This document shows, in pieces, positions 48,225 to 58,533 of a DNA stretch of 64,000 bases. How positions within the stretch are numbered: the first letter of the stretch is position 1; each line of letters starts with the position of its first letter. The DNA is from Candidatus Bathyarchaeota archaeon (GTDB lineage: Archaea; Thermoproteota; Bathyarchaeia; Bathyarchaeales; Bathycorpusculaceae), in the NCBI GenBank assembly GCA_963775685.1, contig CAVZJV010000014.1, positions 1,376,001-1,440,000 of the forward strand. The letters are read 5' to 3'. A program made the position numbers and the translations under genes. The notes beneath the pieces were generated by a model. It saw only the letters and a list, made by a program, of their open reading frames with translations. It did no database searches and was not told where the DNA came from.

Positions 48225-51200
48225 CTAAAGTTCCTCATGTTTCTTATCCGACTTAACGTAGACTTCAACCTTTACTGTTGACGCACCTTGTCCAAGAAAC
48301 TCTGACAGAGACCCAGTCCACTCCGCGGTGGAATCTGCGGTGAATCCAACTGTCTGGGAAATGCCGCGCCACAATAGTGCTTTGTCATAGTCTTTGGCGT
48401 CTTGGGGCATGAATTCGAAAATTGATCGGCTGGCGATGATGATCAGCTTTTTCTTCATGCGTGAAATTGCGACATTGATTCGGTTCAGGTTAAGCAGGAA
48501 GTCGCTTTCGCTACGAACATAGTCTGGGTCGCTGACTGTGGAGGAGATGATGATACAGTCTGCTTCACCGCCTTGGTAGCGCTCCACGGTGTCGACTCGA
48601 GCGTTTTGGCCGCCCTGTGAAAACATGTTTTTTAGCAGACCTTTCTGGGCATTATGAGGTGTAATTACGCCTATGCTGTCGGTTTGGGTGTTACGCACCA
48701 ACGCCTCTACAATCGACGCTTCTACCAGATTTGACTGGAAACTCTCCGCCTCATCATGCACAACTAAAACAAATATGTTCTGGGGGTCCAAAACAACTCC
48801 AAGTCCATCCGTCTTTGGCTCCGAAGCCGCCAACATCTGTTTCTGGTCGGAGTGAAAATCAATCTTGTCCTTCTCATACACCCATTCCCTCAAAAATTCT
48901 GCAACAACTGAGTGGCACCTGTGGCTTTCACATAGACGCTCAGCTGGAATATCCGCAGCATGTTTACAACTGATACGTTCAATGCCGAGATCTTCTTGGC
49001 GAAGCAACCGCAGAAAATCCATAGCGGAGAGAAAGGAAGCCATTTCTTCAAGTGTTCGGCGATCTTCTTTTTCCCAATTATGCGCTTGGATGGGGGGCAG
49101 TTGGCGATGGTCTCCGGCCACTAGAATTTGGCTGTTCTTGGTGAGGAAACTGCCTGAAAGGATAAGTTCAGGCAGCCGCATCATGCTGGCTTCATCGACC
49201 ACAAGTAAGTCAAAGAAGCCTTCGCCCCATGGCGGCTCAGAGCCACCGATTTTCTTCATTAGACCGTAGAGGCCAGGTGGGGTAAGACATAGAATCAGCG
49301 GGGATGAATCTGAAGCGTCAGGCGTTAGGGTTGCCTGGTTCATTATGCAATCCTTGAGTTCTTGAACGGTTTCTTCATCTTCGTTATAATTGAGATATTT
49401 TACGCCTTCAAGGGGCTTAACTGAGGAAACATCACTACTCAAGACGCGGTAGATGTTTAGATCTTTTAGGTCGTTGCCGCCTTCTCGGCAATATTCCTGC
49501 AAACAACGAGCAAGTTTACTGACAAACTCATGAATCGCTTTATGAGTAGGGGCAACCATCAGAACTCTGCATCGGGATTTGACGCTGTGCGCTGCTACAT
49601 GAGCTAGAACTGCCAGCTGCAAAGTCTCGGTTTTTCCCGTGCCGGGAGGGCCTTGCAGCATCACAATTTGCTCTTTTCCGAAAACGCGGTTTATGAAACG
49701 TTGCTGCTCAGCTTTAGGAGGAAAACGCCTGTCCTCAACCCAACGTAGAAATGAAGCCGACGAATCTGTCGTCAGAGCCGTATGCAGAGAGCATGCAGAT
49801 TTGCCAGCTAAGAACCCTGCCAACAAACCGTAGAGCACATTGTTGGCGGCAAAGTCAAGCGATTTGGCAGCCCTATCTGAAATGATGTCGTCAACTAACT
49901 CATCAAGGATGTAAAGTCGTCCAGCCTCAAAGAGCTGCATGTACTTACTATTTTGTGCTTTTTCTCGGTCATTCGTTGGAAGGTTATGCCAGGCGGTGTA
50001 TTTTCTGCCCTTTCCGCTTGGCCAGCTAACCACGTTGATAACGATATCGCCCTTTCGGACATCAACTTTTTCGACGATTGCTCTGGCAGATTTTTCAACC
50101 TCCGAAGGGGACCGCCTCTGGGTTTCCTCAAACTGACCCTGTTCATTGCACCTCAGCTCAGTGACAACCATCCAGTCGCCCGAACTTGACCCATCCGCAC
50201 CTTTAACTCTGCATGCGTTAGCAACGCAATCAGCCTTGGGCAAACCAATGCCCTCGTAAACAAGTTTCCCGCGCACCACGAACTCCTTATCAGATTCAAC
50301 GACACCTGTGCATTCAAAAATGAGCGATCTGCCCGAAGCCACACGCTGATAGGGAAGCAAAGCATAATGCTGGTACATTTCTTGGCGCTTGGAAAAATAC
50401 TCCAAATCAAGAAACTCACGGCAGCTACGTTCTAGAGTTGCAACGCCAAGGGAAAATTCTGAAATTTTGGGAATTGCTATAGGTTTCTTTCCCATCCTCC
50501 TGTTGCGAATATTCAAAGACCGCTCTATAAACTCCAGAGCAGAACAAAGTTTCAACCCCATCAAACTGAGTTCTTCATCGCCAATCCGCCTCGTCTTCTG
50601 GGTGTAATCGCACCATTTGCGTTTCTCAAGCAGAATTTTGGCGGTACCTTTTTCCCGATAATTATCCAATCGACCCTTGGCAGCCCAAAAATACTCGATA
50701 GGGATTTGGTCGCCGAACCGAGCACGCGCAGGATAATACCCTTCTTTCTTTCTATATTCTTCCCCGAGAAAAGAAATGGATCCATCGGGATTTCTATGGT
50801 AAGGCAACGAATAATTAAACATCCCATCACGGAAAACCAGGCGCAAATCAACTGTGGAACCATCTTGACGCTTGACTATCCATATTTTATTGTCGAAAAA
50901 GCCAGCTTGATCAAGAATAGGCAAAAGCCCAGAACTATGAAATCTTAGGGCTTTCCTGTGCAAGACTTCGTCTTGCAGGATTGAGAACATGGGTTGGTCA
51001 ATGGCTTGTCTTAGTCCCAAAAGGTCCCTGACTGCCCGGGCACTAATCAGCGACGGCTGGCGGCGAACAGCCTCCATTAGTGCATCGCGTTCTCCTCGGC
51101 TGAAGAAGTAAAGATGAATGGGTGCCTCATCTGGGGTGTTTACTTCGTTGGCTACTTTGGTTATTGCTTGGGTGAGCCCTTGGAAGAAGGCTTCCAGCAT

Positions 51201-52589
51201 CTTCTTTTCTTCATCTAGGCATAATTCGCGTTCATCTGGAAGACTGCTGATAACTCGGGAAATATTCAAGGGCTCTCCTCTGTAGCGGGTGCAGTTTACC
51301 CTTGCGCTAATCATCGAAATAACATCCAGCATATAATCGCGTTCAACGAAGAGGTAAACGCGGATCATGCCGTCTGGGCTAAACAGAAGCGCTGAATCCA
51401 TTCCGTTTGAAGGGCTATCCTCCGGCAAGCCGCCATAACCCGTTCCAGTTAGCCAGGGCATCCACCTGTTTTTGTTTGCGAAGAGACTGATGGGGCGAAT
51501 GCCCCCCAACATGTACTGAGAACGTTGAATCAACCAATCCAGCTTGGCTCCAATTACAGGGTCAGTTGCCAATGCATGAACCTTCTCGGCAGCCCTAAAG
51601 GGAATAGCTGTAAAATCATAGGGGCGTAAATTGGTATTATCTACCACAGGCTTTAACTTTGCCAGGTCCTCTAAACGTTTAACTCCATGATGCCCAAGTG
51701 CCTTCTGTTCACCCCTGCTCAAATTAAGCAAAGCGATACTTTCGTTTTCGACCGCGGTAACTATGCAGCATTCGTTAAAGCCGCAGTTGTCACATCTCCA
51801 ACAAAGCTGAAACTCGACTTTCGCCAAAGGTGTCTGGTGGATTCGGTTTAGCTCGCCATTTTTAGCAAGCAGACGCTCAACATCTTGTATTAGGGGACCA
51901 AGCTTGAATTTAGGCAAGCATGCTGGGTCAAGACTGTGCAAATCACTCTCTCGGTTGATTACTCCGCCTTCTATTTCGACCTTTGAAGACAAGTTTCCTA
52001 ATTCTTGGTTGAGAAGCAAAACGTAAATCGCCACCTGTATTCGATGAGCAGTCTGCTCCTTCCAGGAAGATTTAAGCTCAAAAATCCTAATTTTCACTTT
52101 TTCATTTTTGCTTGGCCAGATAGAGATTAAATCAGCAATTCCTTTAACGTTCCAAACACCAATGTGACCACGCATTGGGACCTGGTAGAGCAAGATGGGT
52201 TTGTAAGATACAGTTTCCTTGGAGGAAATTTGCGCCTCAATTAAATCACGTAAATTTTTTAGAGATTTTTTTCCGGCAACTTCCCAGCCGTAGAGATGTG
52301 GGTCGTATATGTTAAAATCGTGGTATTCGAAGGCTTGAGATTTGAGTTCTGATACTTTTTTCTCTTCAAGCGCTTTGCCTGCACCGTATAGAAGAGGACT
52401 GATGGGTTTGAAGGCTTCGGGCCATTGGCGGCTTTTGGCTTCTTTGCCTTCGAATTTTAGTTTGAAGAACCGTGGGCAACAGTTGAAGCGGATGTACTCT
52501 GCTATTCCTGAAGCATCCAAGGTGGGTGGATCTTCGTTCTGCTCATATTGCTCACCTGAATAGTCTAAGCTGAAATCATCGTCGCTCAA
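48225..52589 (-). CDS. Cas4/RecB-like PD-(D/E)XK nuclease fused to an SF1 (Dna2/UPF1-like) helicase, 1454 aa
   Basis: N-terminal CCPR and CWRCDNCGFNECC Cys set; ADLI...ELKS...QVAIY nuclease motifs; GPPGTGKT, DEAS, GDHRQLPP, TVERYQG and NRINVAISR helicase motifs. Confidence 0.9.
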   Translation of the reverse strand: MSDDDFSLDYSGEQYEQNEDPPTLDASGIAEYIRFNCCPRFFKLKFEGKEAKSRQWPEAFKPISPLLYGAGKALEEKKVSELKSQAFEYHDFNIYDPHLYGWEVAGKKSLKNLRDLIEAQISSKETVSYKPILLYQVPMRGHIGVWNVKGIADLISIWPSKNEKVKIRIFELKSSWKEQTAHRIQVAIYVLLLNQELGNLSSKVEIEGGVINRESDLHSLDPACLPKFKLGPLIQDVERLLAKNGELNRIHQTPLAKVEFQLCWRCDNCGFNECCIVTAVENESIALLNLSRGEQKALGHHGVKRLEDLAKLKPVVDNTNLRPYDFTAIPFRAAEKVHALATDPVIGAKLDWLIQRSQYMLGGIRPISLFANKNRWMPWLTGTGYGGLPEDSPSNGMDSALLFSPDGMIRVYLFVERDYMLDVISMISARVNCTRYRGEPLNISRVISSLPDERELCLDEEKKMLEAFFQGLTQAITKVANEVNTPDEAPIHLYFFSRGERDALMEAVRRQPSLISARAVRDLLGLRQAIDQPMFSILQDEVLHRKALRFHSSGLLPILDQAGFFDNKIWIVKRQDGSTVDLRLVFRDGMFNYSLPYHRNPDGSISFLGEEYRKKEGYYPARARFGDQIPIEYFWAAKGRLDNYREKGTAKILLEKRKWCDYTQKTRRIGDEELSLMGLKLCSALEFIERSLNIRNRRMGKKPIAIPKISEFSLGVATLERSCREFLDLEYFSKRQEMYQHYALLPYQRVASGRSLIFECTGVVESDKEFVVRGKLVYEGIGLPKADCVANACRVKGADGSSSGDWMVVTELRCNEQGQFEETQRRSPSEVEKSARAIVEKVDVRKGDIVINVVSWPSGKGRKYTAWHNLPTNDREKAQNSKYMQLFEAGRLYILDELVDDIISDRAAKSLDFAANNVLYGLLAGFLAGKSACSLHTALTTDSSASFLRWVEDRRFPPKAEQQRFINRVFGKEQIVMLQGPPGTGKTETLQLAVLAHVAAHSVKSRCRVLMVAPTHKAIHEFVSKLARCLQEYCREGGNDLKDLNIYRVLSSDVSSVKPLEGVKYLNYNEDEETVQELKDCIMNQATLTPDASDSSPLILCLTPPGLYGLMKKIGGSEPPWGEGFFDLLVVDEASMMRLPELILSGSFLTKNSQILVAGDHRQLPPIQAHNWEKEDRRTLEEMASFLSAMDFLRLLRQEDLGIERISCKHAADIPAERLCESHRCHSVVAEFLREWVYEKDKIDFHSDQKQMLAASEPKTDGLGVVLDPQNIFVLVVHDEAESFQSNLVEASIVEALVRNTQTDSIGVITPHNAQKGLLKNMFSQGGQNARVDTVERYQGGEADCIIISSTVSDPDYVRSESDFLLNLNRINVAISRMKKKLIIIASRSIFEFMPQDAKDYDKALLWRGISQTVGFTADSTAEWTGSLSEFLGQGASTVKVEVYVKSDKKHEEL

Positions 52590-52679
52590 CTAGTTCTCTG
52601 CCTCTTAAGTTAATCGATGGATTATTGTATTTACCATTGCTTATGTTTAAATCATTACTGAAAACCAAACTCTATCAAG

Positions 52680-52973
52680 TTACATTCGCATTAGCAGCAT
52701 AGGAACCAGTAAACTTGGCGTGGACTCTTCCAGCTTCATTGTTTTTGTTTTGTCATTTAACTCCATCCGGAGATGGCATTTTTCTTTTACTATACAGTAC
52801 TCGCAACTTACAGTTTCTTTTTGGGTTTGGCAATCAATTACTATTTGAGTATACAAACTTCTCTTAACCTCGGGAAGCAACACATAGATCAGAGCCCGCT
52901 TATAGACAATGTCAACTACGCAAAGGCATTTTCGGCAGGAGCCTTTGGGGGATCTCTTGGTTGTCTTGTACAT
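52680..52973 (-). CDS. Small Cys-rich hypothetical protein
   Basis: MYKTTKRS...CRKC...CEYC...C, about 97 aa; the upstream AT-rich extension was discounted. Confidence 0.45.
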   Translation of the reverse strand: MYKTTKRSPKGSCRKCLCVVDIVYKRALIYVLLPEVKRSLYTQIVIDCQTQKETVSCEYCIVKEKCHLRMELNDKTKTMKLEESTPSLLVPMLLMRM

Positions 52974-53160
52974 AAAAATGTTCAAAAAAATTTTGTTTTG
53001 GTGTAGAAGGTCAATAGTTAACATAATAATCCTTTGGTAAATGGATTTTTTCAATGTTTCAGTTGAAGAACAACACCAGTTGTTTTTGCGAAGTTGGGAG
53101 GGGTTGTTTTGGGTTGGTTTTGTTGTTTGGGCTTTGAAAAGGCTTCAGGTTGCGGTTTAA

Positions 53161-53190
53161 AATGGCTAGGAATGGCTAGACATGGCTAGG
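53161..53190. repeat. Three-copy 10-bp tandem repeat
   Basis: aatggctagg aatggctaga catggctagg. Confidence 0.8.
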
Positions 53191-53242
53191 AAAGGTGTGT
53201 GTTCTAGTTGCCTCTACCTGGATGTTAAGATTTAATAGTTTT

Positions 53243-53575
53243 TTAATCTGAGATTACTTGAGCTTTTTGATCTCTGAATATTTTTCGGTTTTCGATTTTG
53301 CATCTATAAGTCTCCAATGCAGTTTGTGGATTTTTAGTGTACTGCCCACTGCGTATATCAAATTTCCATCCGTGACAAGGACACATAAAAAGGCAACCAG
53401 TTAAAATCCCCTTCTCAAAGGTGCAGCCCATATGTGGACAACGATTAAAAACCCCAAAAACTTCATTGCCCTAGCTTGCAAACAAAACAGGCTTTCCCTT
53501 AATCCACATAGCCTTCATTTGGCCTTCTTTGAGTTCAGTTTTTTTATCGAGTAAACAAACCCGTCTTTGTTTATA
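53243..53575 (-). pseudogene. Rieske [2Fe-2S] ferredoxin remnant
   Basis: ELKEGQMKAMWIKGKPVLFAS*GNEVFGVFNRCPHMGC...CPCHGWKFDIRSG, with an in-frame TAG at 53471-53473 and a disrupted 5' end. Confidence 0.8.
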
Positions 53576-53647
53576 ATTCCACTTCCAAAACTATTCTAGC
53601 TATATTATCGCTTTCGTTTTCATAACTCTTGAGCATTTTTTAGTTCG

Positions 53648-55186
53648 TTACTTCTTTTTTTTGGTTTTGGTTTTTGTTTTGGGTTTTTTTCTAACGATCG
53701 AAGAAAGCATGGAAACTCTTTCTTGAATGATTTCTTTAGTCTCAAGCATTACGGAGGATTCACGGATGGTTTCGTCTAGCATGTCTTTATTTTCTTCTAA
53801 TTTAGCTGCGAACTCGTCTGCTGAAATTCTTCCCTCTTTTCTGGACTGGACTAATTCTTCGATAGAAGCACTTAGATCAGAGAGTTTTTCCTCAACTTTA
53901 AATTCTTCTTGCGTTACTAGCTGGTCTTTAAATCTCCTTCGAACATAACGGAACAATATTGGCACCTGGAAGGTGATTGATACGAAAGCGACACCTAAAG
54001 CCATCGTCCTTATAATCGTTACATCGGTTACAGAAATAACTGCAGATGCAGTTACTGTTGCAGCAAGCACAATTGACAATGCCCCTCTAACACCGCCAAG
54101 CCAGGCAATGTTGCTCCACTCTCTTGGAATCTTTTCGCCTCTTCTGCTAAAGAAAGCAAATATGGGATATACTGTGGCGGCCCGAGCAATGGTGACTGCT
54201 ATGAAAGCTACTGCAATAAACCCTATAGACTCCCAAAGAGTAAGCAGGTCAGTTTGGAAGCCAATAAACAAGAATGCAATAGAGTTTGCAAGAAAAGCAA
54301 TCACTTCCCAAAACATCTTTATCGTGTTTCGAGTCGCAGATTCCATCGCTGTGCGAACAGTGAAATTTCCAAAGTATAATCCAGTCACGGCAACTGCTAT
54401 GATTCCTGATGCGCCTATACCTGTAGCTAACGCAAAGGAACCGTAAACTGCTGAAACGGTAAGTATGCATTCTGCAATTCGGTCTTCAATTAAGCTAGAA
54501 AGCAATTCAGCTACAAAGCCTATTCCTAATCCAACTAAGAGACCGCCTACAAGTGTGAAACCGAAATTTGCTGTGGCATTAAGTAATCCCACTTGTGTTA
54601 TTGCAGCAGACGATAGTATGATTGTGAAGACAACTATGGCTGTTGCATCGTTAAAGGCAGCCTCAGTATTTAGGAGAATAGTGAGTTTTGGTGGAACTTT
54701 TACTCTTCGAAAAACTTCCAGTATCGTGACAACGTCGGTTGGTGCAATTAATGCGCCAAATAAAAACGCAACGTAGAAAGGAACGCCAGCAAACTGCCAC
54801 AGCACTAAGCCTCCTACTAGAGTGGCTATGACAACTCCCACGGTTGCTAATGTGAGCGAGGGTCGAATGACTGCCCGTAAGTCTCCGGCTCGTATGTGCA
54901 TCATGGATTCGAAGACAAGTGGAGGCACAACTATTCCCACAAAAAAGCCCTCTCCGCCCCCTTCAAGTAGCAGATTATCAAAAGAGCGTATCTGATCAAC
55001 TATTGATTGGGCAAAAGTGTGTAAAGGACTAGCTCCAAATGAGAGCAGGGTTGCTATGCCGGTTATTCCCACACCCATAAGAACTAACACGAGGGTGTAG
55101 GGAGTTTTGAGGCGCAACGATATAATGGCAGCTATAAAGGTTATGAGTAGGAACACTGCTATGATTAACTCAATATTTGCCGCCAA
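53648..55186 (-). CDS. CPA1 (NhaP-type) Na+/H+ antiporter
   Basis: PPLVFE, APTDVV, EAAFNDATAIV, SGIIA and GGVRGALS motifs; TTG start behind GGAGG. Confidence 0.92.
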   Translation of the reverse strand: MAANIELIIAVFLLITFIAAIISLRLKTPYTLVLVLMGVGITGIATLLSFGASPLHTFAQSIVDQIRSFDNLLLEGGGEGFFVGIVVPPLVFESMMHIRAGDLRAVIRPSLTLATVGVVIATLVGGLVLWQFAGVPFYVAFLFGALIAPTDVVTILEVFRRVKVPPKLTILLNTEAAFNDATAIVVFTIILSSAAITQVGLLNATANFGFTLVGGLLVGLGIGFVAELLSSLIEDRIAECILTVSAVYGSFALATGIGASGIIAVAVTGLYFGNFTVRTAMESATRNTIKMFWEVIAFLANSIAFLFIGFQTDLLTLWESIGFIAVAFIAVTIARAATVYPIFAFFSRRGEKIPREWSNIAWLGGVRGALSIVLAATVTASAVISVTDVTIIRTMALGVAFVSITFQVPILFRYVRRRFKDQLVTQEEFKVEEKLSDLSASIEELVQSRKEGRISADEFAAKLEENKDMLDETIRESSVMLETKEIIQERVSMLSSIVRKKPKTKTKTKKKK

Positions 55187-55414
55187 TTGTTTTTCTCCTC
55201 CCTGCTTTGCGCTCGCTTCGAGGTTTGCTTGCGCCGTCTTTGAATTGTATATTAACCAAAAAAGCTTTTCCCTACCGATTTCTAATTTAACAACAAAATA
55301 GGCGCCAGACAAAAACAATGCAACATAAACAGAAAACAGCTGCGTTAACTAACTATTTAAACAGTTAATCCTTAAAAATATTGAATACTCATTTCCGCAT
55401 AATCGTAGCCTAAT

Positions 55415-56545
55415 TTAACTTGCCTTTTGCGCGTTCTTGCTGTTATGAAGCTCAGATAGCCGCTGGATTGCTTCTTTGTAGACTTCAATGGCACTTAGAT
55501 ACTCGTTTATCTTTATGTGCTCATCTAAGGTGTGGTCTAGGTGTGAGTCGCCTGGCCCATAGGTTACTATCGGTAGATTCATGGCTTTACCCAGGATGTT
55601 CATATCGCCTGTTCCGGTTTTGTGCAGAAGCGTTGCAGGTTTGTTTAAAACTTTCCGCACAGAAGAGGATAGGACATGGACAAGCGGCGAAGCTTTGTTA
55701 ACTTCAAAAGGCTCAACGGTATCAAGCACGGTTGCTTTAACCGACACTGTTGGGTTAGCAGTTTTATACTTTGTAATTATCTTGGTTATCTGTTCATAAA
55801 CCTTGGCTGTCGAGAACTGTATGGGCACTCGAATATCAAGGTTCATTTCTGCCTCAAAGGGAATAACTGAAGTTGCTCTGCCGCCCACAAGTCTAACTAA
55901 ACAGGCAGTAACTGCGTTGTATGGGCTTGCCGAGGGATCAAGAGATGGATACGATGAAGCGTTTTTGATCTGTTCCCAAAGTTCATAGGCTTTCTCCAAG
56001 GAATTATCGTACAGCCAGGGCGTAGAGGCATGCCCTGTTTCGGTTTTGAGAACGACTTTTAGTTGGATTTGCCCTTTGTAGCCGATTGTTACGTTTTCGA
56101 CACCGCTGGGTTCTCCGAAGATAGCATAGTCAGCCGTGATTCCTTGCGTGATCAGGTGCTTGACTCCCCGGCTGGTAGCTTCTTCTTCGACAACAGCGGC
56201 AACCAAGATTTTGCCCTGAAAACCAGACTCCTTGCTAGCAGCAATTGCAGCCATAATCATGGCGGCCAGCGGACCCTTCGCGTCCACGGCACCTCGAGCG
56301 TAGATTTTGCCTTCGTCAATTCGAAGCGGCAGAACCCCAGCAACCGTATCCATATGACCGCACAATAAGATGACTGGTTCACCCTCTCCTACAACACCTA
56401 TAACGTTGCCTATGTCGTCTTTGCCAACTTCAAAACCCATCTTGTTCATTTCAGTTTCTAGGAAGTTAGATGCATCATCTTCTTTGCCTGATGGGCTGTA
56501 GATGCCAAGGAGGTTAGTTAGAAATCGTACTGCTTGTTCGCTCAT
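55415..56545 (-). CDS. lysK: [LysW]-ornithine/lysine hydrolase (M20 family, LysK/ArgE)
   Basis: CGHMDTV, RGAVDAKG, VEEE, GEPS, GDMN and YGPGDS..DH motifs. Confidence 0.92.
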   Translation of the reverse strand: MSEQAVRFLTNLLGIYSPSGKEDDASNFLETEMNKMGFEVGKDDIGNVIGVVGEGEPVILLCGHMDTVAGVLPLRIDEGKIYARGAVDAKGPLAAMIMAAIAASKESGFQGKILVAAVVEEEATSRGVKHLITQGITADYAIFGEPSGVENVTIGYKGQIQLKVVLKTETGHASTPWLYDNSLEKAYELWEQIKNASSYPSLDPSASPYNAVTACLVRLVGGRATSVIPFEAEMNLDIRVPIQFSTAKVYEQITKIITKYKTANPTVSVKATVLDTVEPFEVNKASPLVHVLSSSVRKVLNKPATLLHKTGTGDMNILGKAMNLPIVTYGPGDSHLDHTLDEHIKINEYLSAIEVYKEAIQRLSELHNSKNAQKAS

Positions 56546-57726
56546 CTCCCTCTTCCTCCAAAACGGTATCTAGAACTGTGATTGCTTTATCGATTTGTGT
56601 CTTCTCTATCACAAGTGGCGGCAGTAAACGAACAACCGTTCTTCCTGCATCCAGCACCAAAACGCCCTTACTTAACGCTTTTAAGATAATGTTGTAAACA
56701 TCGTACCGAAGTTCCATCCCGAGCATTAAACCTAAGCCTCGCACTTCCTTGACGATTTTATGCTTAGCCTGCAACCCTTCAAGTTTCGTCTTGAAATATT
56801 TGCCATTAGCGGCGGCTTTTTCAGTCAGTTTCTCTTCCAAGAGCGCATCAATGGCAGCGCATCCAGCTGCACAAACTATTGGACTTCCGCTAAAAGTTGT
56901 TGAGTGCTCCCCCACCTTCAGCGAAGACATAATGTTTTCTTTAGCCACAGTTATGCCAATCGGTAAACCCCCTGCGAAAGGCTTTGCTAAACACATCACG
57001 TCTGGGGTGACATCCCAGTTTTGGCAACCGAAAAGTTTGCCCGTTCGCCCAAAGCTAGTTTGGACTTCATCGAAAATCAACAAGACTCTTCTTTTCGTCA
57101 CAGATTTCCCGAACTGCCCGTAGATAACCATCTGGAGGTACGCGGACACCACCTTCGCCGCGAATCGGCTCCATCAAAACTGCAGCGGTTTTATCTGTTA
57201 TAGCTTCGCGGAGTTTGTCAGCATTGTCTGGACCAACGTGTTTTACATCTGGAATCAGGGGCATGAATGGCTCGCGGTACTTTTTGTCCCATGTGGCGGA
57301 TAAGGCTCCCATGGTTTTGCCGTGAAAAGACCCCATTAAGGCAATAATCTCTGTTTTTCCTGTGTATTTGCGGGCAAGCTTTATGGCGCATTCAACTGAT
57401 TCGGCTCCGCTGTTTGAGAGAAAAGATTTGTCTAAGCCTTTAGGCGTTATCTGGACGAGTTTTTCTATGAATTCGGCTCGTTTATCGTTATAGTAACAGC
57501 TGTGGCAGGTGATAAGTTCTTCAGCTTGAGCTTTTACTGCTGCCACAACTTTTGGGTGACAATGCCCCAGTGCTGCAACGCCGTAGCTACTCGCGCAGTC
57601 AACGTATTCTTTGCCGTTAATATCCCATAGAAGCGCGCCTTTGCCGCGTGTGATGACGACGGGTTTTTTGGAGAAAACATTCGCCATATAACGAGTTTCA
57701 ATGTCCATTATTTCTTTTTCATTCAC
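56514..57726 (-). pseudogene. lysJ: [LysW]-semialdehyde aminotransferase (LysJ/ArgD, class III) split by one extra base near 57090
   Basis: The N-terminal half (NSGAES, SFHGKT, EPIRGEGG) and C-terminal half (LIFDEVQT, AKPFAGG, HSTTF) are in different frames at GAA AAG AAG AGT C; otherwise intact. Confidence 0.85.
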
Positions 57727-58528
57727 TAGTTATCACTGTACCAACCTGATGATTCAAAGCTGACGTTATGGGTTGTTTTGCTATCCCCGATGTTACTATG
57801 ACTTCTTTGACACCCTGATTTAGGGCTTCCAGCCCAGCGTGGACTTTGGTGCTCATGCCTCCGCCAATTTTGGAGAGAACCTCTTTGACTTCGGTTGCCG
57901 CAATCTTGGGAACCCGCTCGCCTTTGAGAATTAAGCCTTCAACATCCGTTAGTAGGATAAGTTTGTCGGCTTTGAGGGTACCTGCGATTATGGCTGCGGT
58001 TCGGTCGCCGTCGACGTTTAAGGGTTCGGCGTCTTGGCTTAGCGCAATCGGGGTAACGATTGGCAGGTAGCCTTTTTCGAGCAATAAGGTGAGCAATTCA
58101 GTTTTCACGTGGGTGATTTTGCCGGTGTAGCCACCGTCGATTACTTTTTTGCGTCCCCGTTCGTCTACAGCGATGAGTTTGGTTTTGCGTTCAGCCTGCA
58201 GAATCGACGCGTCAAGCCCGCTTAATCCAACAGCTTGGATTCCTTGGCTTTGAAGAGCCAGCACGATTTGCTTATTGATTTTGCCTGCCATAACCATGGT
58301 GTAGATTTCTATAGTTTCTTTGTCGGTGTAGCGGCTACGGAAACCTTCAGGAGAAATTATGAATTTTTGTTCTTTGCCCAACTTTGAAGCGATTTCGGAG
58401 ACTTCTACTCCTCCACCGTGAACAAGGACAATTTGGTGTTGTTTAGCAACTTCCTTTAGGTCACAGACCAACTCATTTGAGGCACCTTCTTTTAGGATGC
58501 TTCCACCCATCTTAATAACAAGTAACAT
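57719..58528 (-). CDS. lysZ: [LysW]-glutamate/aminoadipate kinase (LysZ/ArgB)
   Basis: IKMGGS, VHGGG, SRYTD, LNVDGDR and GGM..K motifs. Confidence 0.94.
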   Translation of the reverse strand: MLLVIKMGGSILKEGASNELVCDLKEVAKQHQIVLVHGGGVEVSEIASKLGKEQKFIISPEGFRSRYTDKETIEIYTMVMAGKINKQIVLALQSQGIQAVGLSGLDASILQAERKTKLIAVDERGRKKVIDGGYTGKITHVKTELLTLLLEKGYLPIVTPIALSQDAEPLNVDGDRTAAIIAGTLKADKLILLTDVEGLILKGERVPKIAATEVKEVLSKIGGGMSTKVHAGLEALNQGVKEVIVTSGIAKQPITSALNHQVGTVITSE

Positions 58529-58533
58529 GGCAA

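Noticed and set aside
53161-53190. CRISPR array near the Cas4-like nuclease-helicase
   Set aside because: The repeats are 10 bp with no spacers, and there are no cas1/cas2 or effector genes.
53471-53473. In-frame TAG in the Rieske gene as pyrrolysine or readthrough
   Set aside because: The 5' end is also disrupted and no pyl genes are in the window, so ordinary decay is the simpler explanation.
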